Counted from the stretch's first letter, positions 49,580-62,437 are shown. The stretch is DNA of 64,000 nucleotides from Ranitomeya imitator (GCF_032444005.1 NC_091287.1:220162001-220226000), one strand, 5' to 3'. Notes: generated by a model not told the origin, from the sequence alone. Made by a program: numbers and translations.

Positions 49580-51549
49580 TTAAACATCCCCCCAGAGGCG
49601 TAGCTAGGGCTTTGCTTCAGGGGGGAGTGAAACCGGTGAAACTGGCCCCTAACCAGATAACCTTTATTACAACTGGGTGACACACCCTAATAGTGGATGT
49701 AGGAGAACCTCAGCAAATGATTGCACTGTAGATATATCTACTAATAAATAATCTCTATATAAAAACCAACATGGATATTAACCCCTTATGGTCAGTGGTA
49801 AATACCAGTCCTACGGAACATATAAGAGATTACTGCACAGTTCTAGATGGTGACTTACAGAGAATGTTCTTTCTGATGCAATCATTCACTTTTCCCATCT
49901 TTTCCATCTGGCCCAGACCGACATGACAACTTCTTCCAGCCAGGACTCGGCTGCAGAGATTACAACAAAGATGCATTTCACGTCTCATATTTTCAGCACT
50001 GTCCACATCTATCCCCAACCTGCACAAACTCCTTTTCCTGCTGATACCCCAATGCTGAGCCACTTCACCTACTGTGTGGTACTCTGTGCCCTCTAAATTC
50101 TAAAGCAACCCTCTAGAATATAGTAATGCCGGATGCAAATGCCCTAGAAAACGGTGCCCACATTTTGTCCCCTAGAAAGTAATAATGCTCTGTGTGCCCC
50201 TTTGACAGTCACAGTAACCTGAGTTCCTCTATAACAAGAAGTTCCTACTTTAGTCTAAGTTCACATTTGCGTTGTGCGCCGCAGCGTCGTCGCCGCAACG
50301 CACAACGCAAACAAAAACGCACCAAAACGCATGTACAACGCAGCGTTTTGCGCCGCATGCGTTCAACGCATGCGTCGCAAAACGCTGCGGGTTTTTGAAA
50401 CGCAGTTGCGTTTTTACCAAAAAACGCAGCGTTTTTAGACGCATGCGTTTTTAGTGCAGTGAGTCATTCATCATCCCCCACCCACAATAAAAAGTGTCTA
50501 CACAATAGATAAAGAACCACCAATGGCTAGAAGAGGGTTGGTGTTAACAAATGTGTATATACCCTGGCAGAGATGAATTCCTCCCATTTTGCTGGTATTT
50601 ATGATGGAGCGAACCATGAACAGTATCTACATGGATATGGAGATGGAATTTGCCTTGGCTCATGCCTATGCTGTTGCCTGTTTTAATAAAAGGGAAAGGG
50701 AAAAACGGAGATGGAGTCGTCGCCGCTTTTGGATCCACCCTATAGTTGAAGTCCGTGAGAGTCGTGGAGCATACCATTGCTTGTTTGGCGAACTGAATGA
50801 CAACCGGGAAAAATATTTCGAATATACCCGGATGTCACAGGAGAGCTTCCGCTATCTTCTGCGTCGGGTGGAAGGATCCATTAGCAGGCAGGACACGCAG
50901 CTCCGGAGAGCTATTTCCGCAGAGGAACGGCTGCTGGTGACTCTACGGTACGTTGCTGTTTGAATGACTGTGATATGTATTTACTTTTTATTTTATTTTA
51001 TTAATTTTTTTCAATTGTAATGGTCAATGTACTTTTATAAATTATAATGTGCTTTATTCTAAATTTCTTTATCTTCTTTGCAGTTTCCTGGCTACCGGAG
51101 AAACGTTGAGGTCACTTCATTTTCAATTCCGGATTGGAGTCTCCACACTTTCAGGAATTATTGCAGAGACATGCCGCGCTTTGTGGGATAATCTCCGGGA
51201 GGAATATTTACCTGTCCCTACAAGTGCAATCTGGGAGGCCAACGCACAGAAATTCAACCAAGTGTGTAATTTTCCAAACTGTATTGGCGCTGTCGATGGA
51301 AAGCACATTCGGATTACCAAGCCTGCGAAAAGTGGATCCCTTTTCTACAATTATAAAAAATACTTTTCAACTGTTCTCATGGCAATTGCCGGTGCGGACT
51401 GCCGTTTTCTCGCAGTGGACATTGGTGCATTTGGGCGTGCAAATGACTCGCGCACATTTACAGTGGGGCAAAAAAGTATTTAGTCAGTCAGCAATAGTGC
51501 AAGTTCCACCACTTAAAAAGATGAGAGGCATCTGTAATTTACATCATAG

Positions 51550-51630
51550 TATAATAGCTATAATTTGTAAAGCGCTGCGGAATATGTTGGCGCTATATAA
51601 ATAAAAATTATTATTATTATTATTATTATT
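51550..51630 (+). mobile_element. 81-bp L2/SINE 3' tail inserted in the Tc1 TIR
   Basis: tgtaaagcgctgcggaatatgttggcgctatataaataaaaa(tta)n flanked by a 7-bp duplication atcatag (51543-51549, 51631-51637). Absent from the opposite TIR. Confidence 0.9.
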
Positions 51631-51764
51631 ATCATAGGTAGACCTCAACTATGGGAGACAAACTGAGAAAAAAAAATCCAGAAAATCATATTGTCTGTTT
51701 TTTTAACAATTTATTTGCATATTATGGTGGAAAATAAGTATTTGGTCAGAAACAAAATTTCATT

Positions 51765-52787
51765 TCAATACTTTGTAATATATCCTTTGTTGGCAATGAC
51801 AGAGGTCAAACGTTTTCTGTAAGTCTTCACAAGGTTGCCACACACTGTTGTTGGTATGTTGGCCCATTCCTCCATGCAGATCTCCTCTAGGGCAGTGATG
51901 TTTTTGGCTTTTCGCTTGGCAACATGGAATTTCAACTCCCTCCAAAGGTTTTCTATAGGGTTGAGATCTGGAGACTGGCTAGGCCACTCCAGGACCTTGA
52001 AATGCTTCTTACGAAGCCACTCCTTCGTTGCCCTGGCAGTGTGCTTTGGATCATTGTCATGTTGAAAGACCCAGCCACGTTTCATCTTCAATGCCCTTGC
52101 TGATGGAAGGAGGTTTGCACTCAAAATCTCACGATACATGGCCCCATTCATTCTTTCATGTACCCGGATCAGTCGTCCTGGCCCCTTTGCAGAGAAACAG
52201 CCCCAAAGCATGATGTTTCCACCACCATGCTTTACAGCAGGTATGGTGTTTGATGGATGCAACTCAGTTCTCTTTTTCCTCCAAACACGACAAGTTGTGT
52301 TTCTACCAAACAGTTCCAGTTTGGTATCATCAGACCATAGGACATTCTCCCAAAACTCCTCTGGATCATCCAAATGCTCTCTAGCAAACTTCAGACGGGC
52401 CCAGACATGTACTGGCTTAAGCAGTGGGACACGTCTGGCACTGCAGGATCTGAGTCCATGGTGACGTAGTGTGTTACTTATGGTAGGCCTTGTTACATTG
52501 GTCCCAGCTCTCTGCAGTTCATTCACTAGGTCCCCCCGCGTGGTTCTTGGATTTTTGCTCACCGTTCTTGTGATCATTCTGACCCCACGGGGTGGGATTT
52601 TGCGTGGAGCCCCAGATCGAGGGAGATTATCAGTGGTCTTGTATGTCATCCATTTTCTAATTATTGCTCCCACTGTTGATTTCTTCACTCCAACCTGGTT
52701 GGCTATTGCAGATTCAGGCTTCCCAGCCTGGTGCAGGGCTACAATTTTGTTTCTGGTGTCCTTTGACAGCTCTTTGGTCTTCACCAT
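51765..52787 (-). CDS. Intact Tc1-like (DD34E) transposase, 340 aa
   Basis: Uninterrupted ORF with paired-like [37 protein letters not shown] and a C-terminal GYITKY. Confidence 0.95.
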   Translation of the reverse strand: MVKTKELSKDTRNKIVALHQAGKPESAIANQVGVKKSTVGAIIRKWMTYKTTDNLPRSGAPRKIPPRGVRMITRTVSKNPRTTRGDLVNELQRAGTNVTRPTISNTLRHHGLRSCSARRVPLLKPVHVWARLKFAREHLDDPEEFWENVLWSDDTKLELFGRNTTCRVWRKKRTELHPSNTIPAVKHGGGNIMLWGCFSAKGPGRLIRVHERMNGAMYREILSANLLPSARALKMKRGWVFQHDNDPKHTARATKEWLRKKHFKVLEWPSQSPDLNPIENLWRELKFHVAKRKAKNITALEEICMEEWANIPTTVCGNLVKTYRKRLTSVIANKGYITKY

Positions 52788-54421
52788 AGTGGAGTTTGGA
52801 GTCAGACTGTTTGAGGGTGTGCACAGGTGTCTTTATATACTGATAACAAGTTTAAACAGGTGCCATTACTACAGGTAATGAGTGGAGGAAAGAGGAGACT
52901 CTTAAAGAAGAAGTTACAGGTCTGTGAGAGCCAGAAATCTTGATTGTTTGTTTCTGACCAAATACTTATTTTCCACCATAATATGCAAATAAATTGTTAA
53001 AAAAACAGACACTGTGATTTTCTGGATTTTTTTTTCTCAGTTTGTCTCCCATAGTTGAGGTCTACCTATGATATAAATTACAGACGCCTCTCATCTTTTT
53101 AAGTGGTGGAACTTGCACTATTGCTGACTGACTAAATAATTTTTTGCCCCACTGTAAAGAGTCGGATATGGGCCAAAAGTTATATGGAAACAATTTTAAT
53201 TTCCCACAGCCACGACCTCTTCCCCACACCGAAGGCCCTGCGATGCCATTTGTTGTGGTAGGGGATGAGGCATTCCAAATGTCTGCCAACCTATTGAAAC
53301 CCTACTCCAGTCGGGGCTTGGACCATACAAAAAGGGTTTTCAATTACAGACTGTCCAGGGCCAGAAGGACTGTGGAGTGCGCCTTTGGCATCCTTGTTTC
53401 CAAATGGCGGATATTGGGATCGGCCATTAATCTTAAAATTGAAACAGTGGATGAGGTGGTGAAGGCTTGTGTGGTTCTCCACAATTTCATTATGGCCAAA
53501 GAGAGAATAAATGTTGAACTGGATGAACCCATAGCCAACCCCTTGCCCGATTACCATGATCATCCTCTGAGGACAAGTGTGGAAATTGCGCAGATGCGTG
53601 ATCGTTTTGCGGCCTATTTTGTGTCAGATGTTGGCCGTGTGTCATGGCAAGATCAAATGGTGTAGTAATGTTACTTTTGGACTGTCTTCTGATTGTAACT
53701 ACACCAATAATACCTCTACTGTGACAGTTAGAAATATATTAAAAAAAAATAATTTTCCGTTAAATGTGCAATAAAAGTTCCATTTAGGTTGGTTTGGTAT
53801 ATGTCAAATTGTGCATCTAAGTATAGTTCACAAATTTAATGTTCCTATAAAAACTTGAACCTGTTGTTTTTAAAATATTAAATAAAAAAGTTTTTAAATT
53901 CTATACCGATTCAAATACAATTTTTATACCATAATATTACATATACTTGTTTGTCTGATCGACCTGTATCTTTGTGTTTTACCTGATAAGCAACGATAAC
54001 AGCGATGTTTTCCAATTGAAACCAGGGTAAATATCTGAAGCGTGGCCCTGCGCTTATCAACATGATGTACGTGGGCCTCTGCATCGTTGTTCGCTGGAGA
54101 GATGTCTGTGACAGCTCTCCAGGGACCAACCAGCGGACGCTGCAGTGATCTGCATCATTGTCTGTTTCGCTGCTGCATTAAGTGTGAACACCTCATACAG
54201 CAATGAGAGACACCCAAAAAAAGGCAAACTAAAAATTGAAAAAATAGTGTCTGACATTGCATATATGAGGTGTTTGAAGCACAAAATATGTGTAGACAGC
54301 ACATGGCGTGATTTGCCGAGATAAATTATGGAAAATAATAGCATAAATAATAACAAATAGTGTTTTTTTTAAATAAAATTTTTTATTGGGGGAAAACAGA
54401 AAACAAAAAGGGTTCTTAAAC

Positions 54422-57196
54422 TTAGGGGGTTTCCACCTGTGCCACCAGGGGGGAATGGTAGGTGTCTTCTCTGGAATAGTGAGAGCAATGGGAGGATGAT
54501 GGAGAAGATGACGATGATGGCGAAGATGAGGATACATAGTCAAGTAGACTTGATGGGAGATCCAAACCCTCCCCAGGGTATACTGGGGAGGAAACCGCCA
54601 CCTCTGTAGGGGAGGGAGGAGGCAACACAAGCCTTGTTTGGCCCTGGCTGCTCCTACTGCGACTCGAGCCCCTACGGACAGTTGGTGTTGTCACTGGAAC
54701 AGCAACCAGAGCCTCTGTGTGTGCCCGTCTGTGTTTCCTCTTTTTTTTTTTTTTTTTTTTTTGGGTCCTGTGGCAGGTTCCCCAGCATGATGACGCCTAC
54801 GGGAGGATGAAGGCATGGCAGGAGCAGGAGTCGGCGGCACTATGTTATGGTGCCTGTGGTGGCGTCGCTCGGCACGTGGACCACGGTGGGGTGGCTGGAG
54901 TGGCTCTCCAGCAGGAGTGGGAGTCATGCTTGCCAGCGACGGCACTACTGCCATTGTCGCTGACTGCATGACCCCAGCCTGCTGGAGAGCCCTCACGTAG
55001 GAAGTGTTGCAGGACTGCATCACTGAAATCTGTAGTTCCGGCGTAAGGTGTTCCACCATGCCCTTAGCAATGGTACTAAAAAAATGTTTTGCCGGATTTG
55101 AGAGCTCGGTTTCAATTGTTTCAAGGCGCCGGTCGATATTGGACAGACGAGTGTCCATGTTATCGCTCAACGCCTTGAAACAGTTCTGGAAAACCGTGCT
55201 CAAATGCAAAAATTCGGGCATGGTTGGCCTGTCCGAGGCCCGCTGGCGCTGTCGGGAATACCCAAACGAAGGTGCGCCAGAGGCCTCGGCCAGGGGAACA
55301 CCTGATGTACCGGCTGCCGGTTCACCAGATGGTGGTGCAAGCCTGCTGTCGCTGTGGGAGGGCTGTGATGGATCAGATGGCGATTCATGAAGGACCGCTT
55401 CTGCGGGGCGAGCTCTCTCGAGGGTGCTGCTGTGTGTCCTGTGAAAAGATAATGAAAAAATTAGTCTTCAATGAATAACCTCTCCCATACGCCAACTCCT
55501 GGAATAAAAATAGCATTACATTACACAATAATACAAATCCTCGGTCTCACAGTCTGTGTGGCCAATAATTAATTTCTGATTGTTATCGCCAGCTGACCGT
55601 TAGGGCCGACGATAACAATCATGAACATTCCCGCTGTCAAAGCATTTTGACCGTATACCACTGTGGGTATAAAAATTTTGTAATCGAAAACTTTCTGCCT
55701 ATGCCACAAAAATAGTTGAAAATTTAATGTCAAGATAAAAAATTAAATTAAAAAAAAACCAGTGATTTCACTGATCTGATTGCAGGAACGACCATGATGT
55801 TAGGATCATGTGATCGAGACTTCATCATTATTCCTGCAATCAGAACTACCCTGACTCAGAACTTAACCTGTCATGGACTACAAGGACTCACGCTTAACCC
55901 AAAAAATTAACTAATGGCCTATATAGCATTTTAATAGGGATACATTTACGTGGATGGCCAATATGTTACGCTGACTACATGGATGGGCAATACGTATGTG
56001 CCTGGGAAATATACTATGTGGATACGTGGCTAGAACGTGTGCTATGTGGCTGCGATATTGTTACCTGCCAATATACTATGTGGATGCACAATGTACGTGG
56101 CTGGGCAATGTACTATGTGTTTGTGCAGTAGGCTATGTGGCTGGGCACTGTAATGGGGCTGTGCAATATGTTTTGTGGACAAAATACTTACTGACGGCGG
56201 CCAAGGACTGGTCTTAAGAACTGTAAACATTTTGAATATTTATAGGGCACAGACTTGGCCGCAGCAGCACCACTCTTCGAGCGCTCCTCCTCTGCCCGTA
56301 GCCCCTTATTGAAACTGTCCTTGATGGATCGCCATCTGATCCTCAACCTTTTAACTGTGAATGCAAAGGAAAAAAAAGGTTACATATGTAGCATTTGAAA
56401 TGGATAAAACAACCGTGTGCGATGCAAAACTTTAGGCGTTTATTGCATCACACACGGTTGTGTTTATCCTGGAAAGATGGTGGGTCATAGCAACGTATCT
56501 GCACGGCGTATCAGCAATACTCACCAAAGTTGGCTTTGTCCTTTGCAGGAGCTATGTCAAAGCCCTCCCACAGCGACTTTGCCACCTCTACCCACAAACG
56601 CCTCAACACCACCTGGTCCATGTGCCGGGAGTCACGGCTGTCCCACAACGGGCCACGCTCCTGGATGCTTGATATGAGGAGCTCCACATCAATGACTCCA
56701 TGGTCCCGTTGTGAAACCTAGAAAAATTACAAACAGAAAAGGTTACAAATATGCAAATATTAACAAACACCAGCACCTGTCATGATATGTACCTTGGCCC
56801 TATCCTTTGTCATTTGATATATGTATATTGATGGTTTCTACACCTGTATTTTTGAATGTTTTGGTTGTTTCACCTTTGTTACCTTCCCCCAATACTTGCT
56901 ACCCTGAAAAGTTTGAATGTAAGCTTACTAAACATCCCTAGTGAAAGCAGGATGCTAATCAACAAAAAAAAAGAAATTGTTTAAAAAAAATACTCACTCG
57001 CCGTGCTGACGCCACACCTTGGCCCTGACCTCTCTGCTCCCGCTGACTTCCTTCACCCTCACTTGAAGAAGCCTGTAAAAATTGTATAAAGAAATTATTT
57101 TAAAAACTACAAATGACTGCGAATAGTAAGGAAATTGACATAATTACTCACCACGCTCCCCTGCGCCGATTGGCTCGATTCTGACACAGTGGCCAT
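54422..57196 (-). CDS. Harbinger B MADF/Myb-like protein, five coding exons (57196-57152, 57072-56998, 56717-56525, 56354-56192, 55438-54691); probable 1-nt frameshift in the A-run at ~54740-54761
   Basis: All junctions are GT-AG and in frame: MATVSES..|ASSS..|VSQRDHGVIDVELLISSIQERGPLWD..LWVEVA..|VKRLRIRWRSIKDSF..|..PAKHFFSTIAKGM. The C-terminal ORF 54422..54694 is one frame off. A candidate non-coding first exon has its donor near 58350. Confidence 0.85.
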
Positions 57197-58849
57197 TCTA
57201 GCACGTTTGTTCTGGCATGAAAAAATGAAAAAAAAAAATCAAAACTAAACCTAAATATGGCACATACAATAAAATATGCCCTAAATTTTTTACAACAACC
57301 ACAATTTACTTTTGACTGATCGGACAAAGCAAAAATAAGAAAGCGACACCACAACGCCATACATTGCAAGAGAAGACAATCAATAGAAGAAACTATACAA
57401 GAATAGACCCAAACCAAAAAGCAAAAATAGACACCTATGTCCAAAAATGGACATATCAAAACTTTCGGAAAAAACATTACAGGCACAAAAATACAATGAA
57501 AGAGCAAAATAATGAACGCAATACTTTACAATTGCAACAAGACATGATCCTAAAAAACAACATCTTGTGACATCTAACCACAGAAAGACAAAAGGCAATA
57601 AAAACCATTCTAGATAACAAGCAATAAACATTACGGGACAACCGCTGTAAAAATATACAGCAACCCAAAGATAAACCATAGCCAAATAGAAAAGAAAACA
57701 CATGGAATTTTTAAAAAAGGCCACCACCAAAAATAATATAAACAAATAAAAATTATACTACACACTTCGCAATGCAATCAGTCAATGAAGGAACATATAT
57801 GCCATACGGAAAACGACGTAAAAACATCAGCGATATTTTTTAAAATAAAGAGAAAGTACAATTGAAACTATAATGGCATAGCAGCAGCACGGAACTATAC
57901 AATACAAAGACATCATAAATGTTGCCCCCCCACCAGCAAAAAAATACACTCAAGGAAAGAAAAAATAAAGCCAACAGCATAATCCAAAACACAGCAAGAC
58001 ATGAGCCAAGAAAATGCCACACAGTTACCACCAACAATAGAAACTAGAAAAACATGCACCAGAAATTTTACAAGACAAAATGAGCAAAAATCAATACATT
58101 GAACAACCACATGACACAAGAACAAAACACATAACCAAACACAAACTAACGTAAAAAAAAAAATAAAAGAAAAAAAAACAAAAGAAAATAAATGCAATCC
58201 TATTAACCCAGAAGAACATCAGAACCAGAAAAACAATTTTTCAATAACAACCCATAACCGTAATAGCACAGACCAAACATTACAAAAATATAGACAAATC
58301 AAGAAATAAAACACAGAATACAAAATGTGCAAAGAGAAATATATACTTACAAGTTTGGAAAGCAGATTCTCCTCTCAGTCTTGTCTTGTGTGATGACTTG
58401 TGAAAGACAATGGCAAACCCCTCGTTTCTTTATATATATAGGTTGTTTTTTTTGTGTCTAGACAAAGTCTAGACAATGTTTTGCATTTTTTATTGGAAAA
58501 CGCATGCGTCGTACAACGCACCACGACGCAAGTACTTGCGTCGTCTGCGTTGTCAATACAAGTCAATGGGAAAAAAGGCGCATCGACGACGCAAACACGA
58601 CGCATGCGTTTTTTAAAAGGTCAACGCCGCCAGAAAAATGCAACATGTTGCGTTTGCCGCGCCCAGACAGGTGCGCCCTAACGCCGCATGCGGCGTAAAA
58701 CGCAACACAACGCATGCACATGCGGCCCCATGCGGCGCCAATGTTAAAGATAGGGCCGCACGACGCATGCGTTTTGTTGCGGCGGCGACGCTGCGGCGCA
58801 AACCGCAAATGTGAACGTACCCTTACATATACTGTAATAATGTCTTGAG

Positions 58850-59305
58850 TCTCCCCCCTATACAGCTCACCTATACACAGTATGATACTCTTATACACAG
58901 TATAATGCCACCTCACAGTATATATACTGACCTCTTATTAGTATAATGCACTATGTAGTATAATGCACTCCCCATAGGCAGACTCTATATAGTGTAATGC
59001 ACGCCCCATAGGCAGACTCTATATAGTATAATTCACTCCCCATAGGCAGACTCTATATAGTATAATTCACTCCCCATAGGCAGACTCTATATAGTATAAT
59101 TCACTCCCCATAGGCAGACTCTATATAGTATAATTCACCCCCCCCCATAGGCAGACTTTATATGGTATGATGCACCCCCATAGGCAGTCTCTATATAGTA
59201 TAATGCAGCCCCTCATAGGCAGACTATATGGAATAATGCAGCCCCCCAATAGGCAGACTCTATAGTATAATGCAGCCCCCCAGAGGCAGACTCTATATTG
59301 TATAA
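58850..59305. repeat. ~33-35-bp minisatellite
   Basis: Unit cccataggcagactctatatagtataat(g/t)cactc repeated about 10 times. Confidence 0.9.
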
Positions 59306-59793
59306 GGGTATGTGCACACATTGCGGATTCCATTGCAGATGTTTCTGAGCGGATTCTGCTGAATCCGCAGGTAAAACTGGACATTATTTGGACACCTCTG
59401 CTGGATGCTATCCATTTTTCAAGGAAAAGTTTGATTGATAGTCTGAATGAGACTGAATACTTTCTTTTTTCATTTAATATTCTTGTTCTGCATATTTCCC
59501 CCTCTCAATTCTATATTATTTAACATTTCTACAATTCTAAACTTAGTCTACCTTACGTTCGCTGTCACAGCTTTAGTTCAATGGACTGTTATAGTCTTTT
59601 CCCATTTATCATGCCAAGCCAGGTTATTAAAAAAAGAATGAGAATGGAAGATAAAATTTGAGAACTGAAAAAAACATACTATTAAACTATATCCTTATTT
59701 ATTTAAAATTACTTATATTTTTCTTCTCATTAGGAAAAGAATGACATTGTACTGTTCTGAATAATTTTTTTTCTTCAAATTTTTTTTTTACAG

Positions 59794-59838
59794 GTACTTA
59801 TTTGTATTACAGCTTAGACAAGACATCTTATCGGGAAA
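59794..59838 (+). CDS. EPB41L4B: Host FERM-domain gene exon (RYLFVLQLRQDILSGK)
   Basis: 45-nt exon with a long T-tract-acag| and |gtaagt. Continues the frame of 41787-41865 (AG|G = Arg). Confidence 0.92.
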
Positions 59839-60049
59839 GTAAGTAACTTTTTAGACTGTTTTGTAATATTAAATGCGTATGTAATGATCAGGCCATGCAT
59901 TCCCTGCTATCCACCCCCATGCGGTGTCCGCAGCCGAAGGAATTATTACACACACTGGTCTCGGGGATAACAGTTGCTTTTACTTCAGCAGGAATGGGAA
60001 ATGTAAATTGGAACAAATAAGAAACAGTCTCGTGTGAGTAGTCCATGGC

Positions 60050-60650
60050 GAATACAGTTCACACGTAGATGCGGACACAGAATTTAGGTTCCGGAGCTTT
60101 AAGAACCTGTATTAGTTAGAAGCGGTACTTGCAGGTAACTAAAAGAGGGTTCAAAGTCTTTTGGGGCATATAAGTAGTAGAGGAAATATATAGTAAGGGT
60201 ATTTACAGACCTGGTGTCCTGTATCCATTTCACAGCTTGTCGCGGTCTGTGCAGAAATATACTTGAAGTAAATAATGGATAATTTGCTCTGAGGCGGGAG
60301 ACCCTCAATTTCCACAACATGCGGGGCAATAGGTTCTTCTGTGCACTTCAGTGCGACCTAAGTCTTTAGGCATCTTGGATGTAGAAGCCAATGGAAAAAT
60401 CCTAGGAATTAGGCCTGGCTGTAAGTCTTTAGATGAATAGCATGAAGAGAAGGATGAACTTCCAGGCATGGAGCCTGGAGGGGGTAAGGAGACCCCTCAA
60501 CTGAGGTCTGCTCTGAGTCACATCTTGTACCAGACTCCCTGAGGACTTTTCAGATCTCCGTCTTGTCTAGACGGAGACTTGAGGTCGCTCCTCTTATTGA
60601 ATCTTGGTGACAGGGTCACTGACCAATAGGATCTATACCCAATTCTGTGT
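60050..60650 (-). mobile_element. Possible L1 ORF2 remnant
   Basis: Weak FSYLQV (FxYLQ-like) motif only. Confidence 0.3.
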
Positions 60651-60872
60651 GAGATCATACATTGTGAGAATAATATAAATCATACATTTCACCAGCAAAT
60701 GGTGCTAGAACACAGCAAATGAGAAATACTACTGAGGAACACCTTGAAATAAAACACACATGAGAGTTGCATTGAGTCTAAAATGGAGGAGACTAGATAT
60801 GGATAATTACAGCTCACTCACAAATGCAGGGAATTAATGTAGAGTGACAGCTAGAGAGTGAGCTGTAGTGTA

Positions 60873-62437
60873 CAGTCATGGCCAAAATTTTTGAGAATGA
60901 CACCACAATTATATTTTCACATGATCTGCTGCTGCTGGTTTTTTATTAGTGTTTGTCTGATGTTTATATCACATACAGAAATATAATTGCAATCATAATA
61001 TGAGTACCAATAGGTTATATTGACAGTTAGAATGAGTTAATGCAGCAAGTCAATATTTGCAGTGTTGACTCTTCTTCTTCAAGACCTCTGCAATTCTCCC
61101 TGGCATGCTCTCAATCAACTTCTGGACCAAATCCTGACTGATAGCTGTCCATTCTTGCATAATCAATGCTTTGCATTTTGCCAGAATTTGTTGGTTTTTG
61201 TTTGTCCACCCGTCTCTTGATGATTGACCACAAGTTCTCAATGGGATTAAGATCTGGGGAGTTTCCAGGCCATGGACCCAAAATCTCTATGTTTTGTTCC
61301 ATGAGCCATTTAGTTATCACCTTTGCTTTATGGCAAGGTGCTCCATCATGCTGGAAAAAGCATTGTTGGGTGCCAAACTTCTCTTGGACGGTTGGGAGAA
61401 GTTGCTCTTGGAGGACATTCTGGTACCATTCTTTATTCATGGCTGTGTTTTTAGGTAAGACTGTGAGTGAGCTGATTCCCTTGGCTGAGAAGCAACCCCA
61501 CACATGAATGGTTTCAGGATGCTTTACAGTTGGCGTGAGACAAGACTGGTGGTATCGCTCACCTCTTCTTCTCCAAATAAGCTGTTTTCCAGATGTCCCA
61601 AACAATCAAAAAGGGGATTCATCAGAGAAAATTACTTGGCCCCAGTCCTCAGGAGTACACTCCCTGTACCTTTTGCAGAATATCAGTCGGTCCCTGATGT
61701 TTTTTCTGGAGAGAAGTGGCTTCTTTGCTGCCCTCCTTGAAACCAGGCCTTGCTCAAAGAGTCTCTGCCTCACAGTGCGTGCAGAAGCACTCACACCAGC
61801 CTGCTGCCATTCCTGAGCAAGCTCGGCACTGCTGGTAGTCCGATCCCGCAGCTGAAACAATTTTAAGATACGGTCCTGGCGCTTGCTGGTCTTTCCTGGG
61901 CGCCCTGGAGCCTTTTTGACAACAATGGAAGCTCTCTCCTTGAAGTTCTTGATGATGCGATAGATTGTTGACTGAGGTGCAATCTTTGTAGCTGCAATAC
62001 TCTTCCCTGTTAGGCCATTGTTGTGCAGTGCAATGATGGCTGCATGTGTTTCTTTAGAGATAACCATGGTTAACTGAAGAGAAACAATGATACCAAGCAC
62101 CAGCCTCCTTTTAAAGTGTCCAGTGATGTCATTCTTACTTAATCATGACTGATCACCAGCCCTGTCCTCATCAACACCCACACCTGTGTTAATTGATCAA
62201 TCACTAAAACGATGTTAGCTGCTCCTTTTAAGGCAGGACTGCAATGATGTTGAAATGTGTTTTGGGGATTAAAGTTCATTTTCTGGGCAAATATTGACTT
62301 TGCAAGTACAGTCATTGCTGTTAAGCTGATCACTCTGACATTCAGGAGTATATGCAAATTGCCATTAGAAAAAATGAAGCAGTAGACTTTGGAAAAATTA
62401 ATATTTGTCTCATTCTCAAAATTTTTGTCCATGACTG
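60873..62437 (-). mobile_element. Full-length Tc1-like element with broken transposase
   Basis: TA flanks (60871-60872, 62438-62439), TIR cagtcatggccaaaatttttgagaatga, and motifs FSDESP, HDGAPCH and [15 protein letters not shown] across several frames. Confidence 0.95.

Larger units (their letters stand above)
51461..53154 (-). mobile_element. Full-length Tc1-like element inserted in the Harbinger B nuclease
   Basis: TA duplication (51459-51460, 53155-53156). TIR cagtggggcaaaaa..tatttagtcagtcagc, >200 bp. Confidence 0.97.
50601..53665 (+). pseudogene. Harbinger B DDE nuclease (HARBI1-like), 410 aa if the Tc1 is removed: 50601-50947, 51084-51460, 53157-53665
   Basis: 347+377+509 = 1233 nt with no stops. 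Motifs RFWIHP, AISAEERLLVTLR|FLATGE, IGAVDGKHI, NDSRTF|KES, VVGDEAF and RRTVECAFGIL. Confidence 0.93.
50253..58822. mobile_element. PIF/Harbinger element B, complete two-gene structure
   Basis: TTA duplication (50250-50252, 58823-58825), ~47-bp imperfect TIRs (..gttcacatttgcg..gcgccgcagcgtcg), and convergent nuclease and MADF genes. Confidence 0.95.

Noticed and set aside
57148-58330. Minus-strand ORFs rich in F/L/V/C that look like membrane proteins
   Set aside because: Low-complexity T-rich intron/UTR sequence of the Harbinger B MADF gene, so a compositional artefact.
37538-59838. Assignment of the host exons to EPB41L5
   Set aside because: HWLDH.KPIKKQ, LHFR.KYY, EEFTR and QLR fit EPB41L4B better than EPB41L5 (HWLDGTKS, LHLRVKFY, EELTR, QLK) as I recall them. 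A BLASTP search would settle it.
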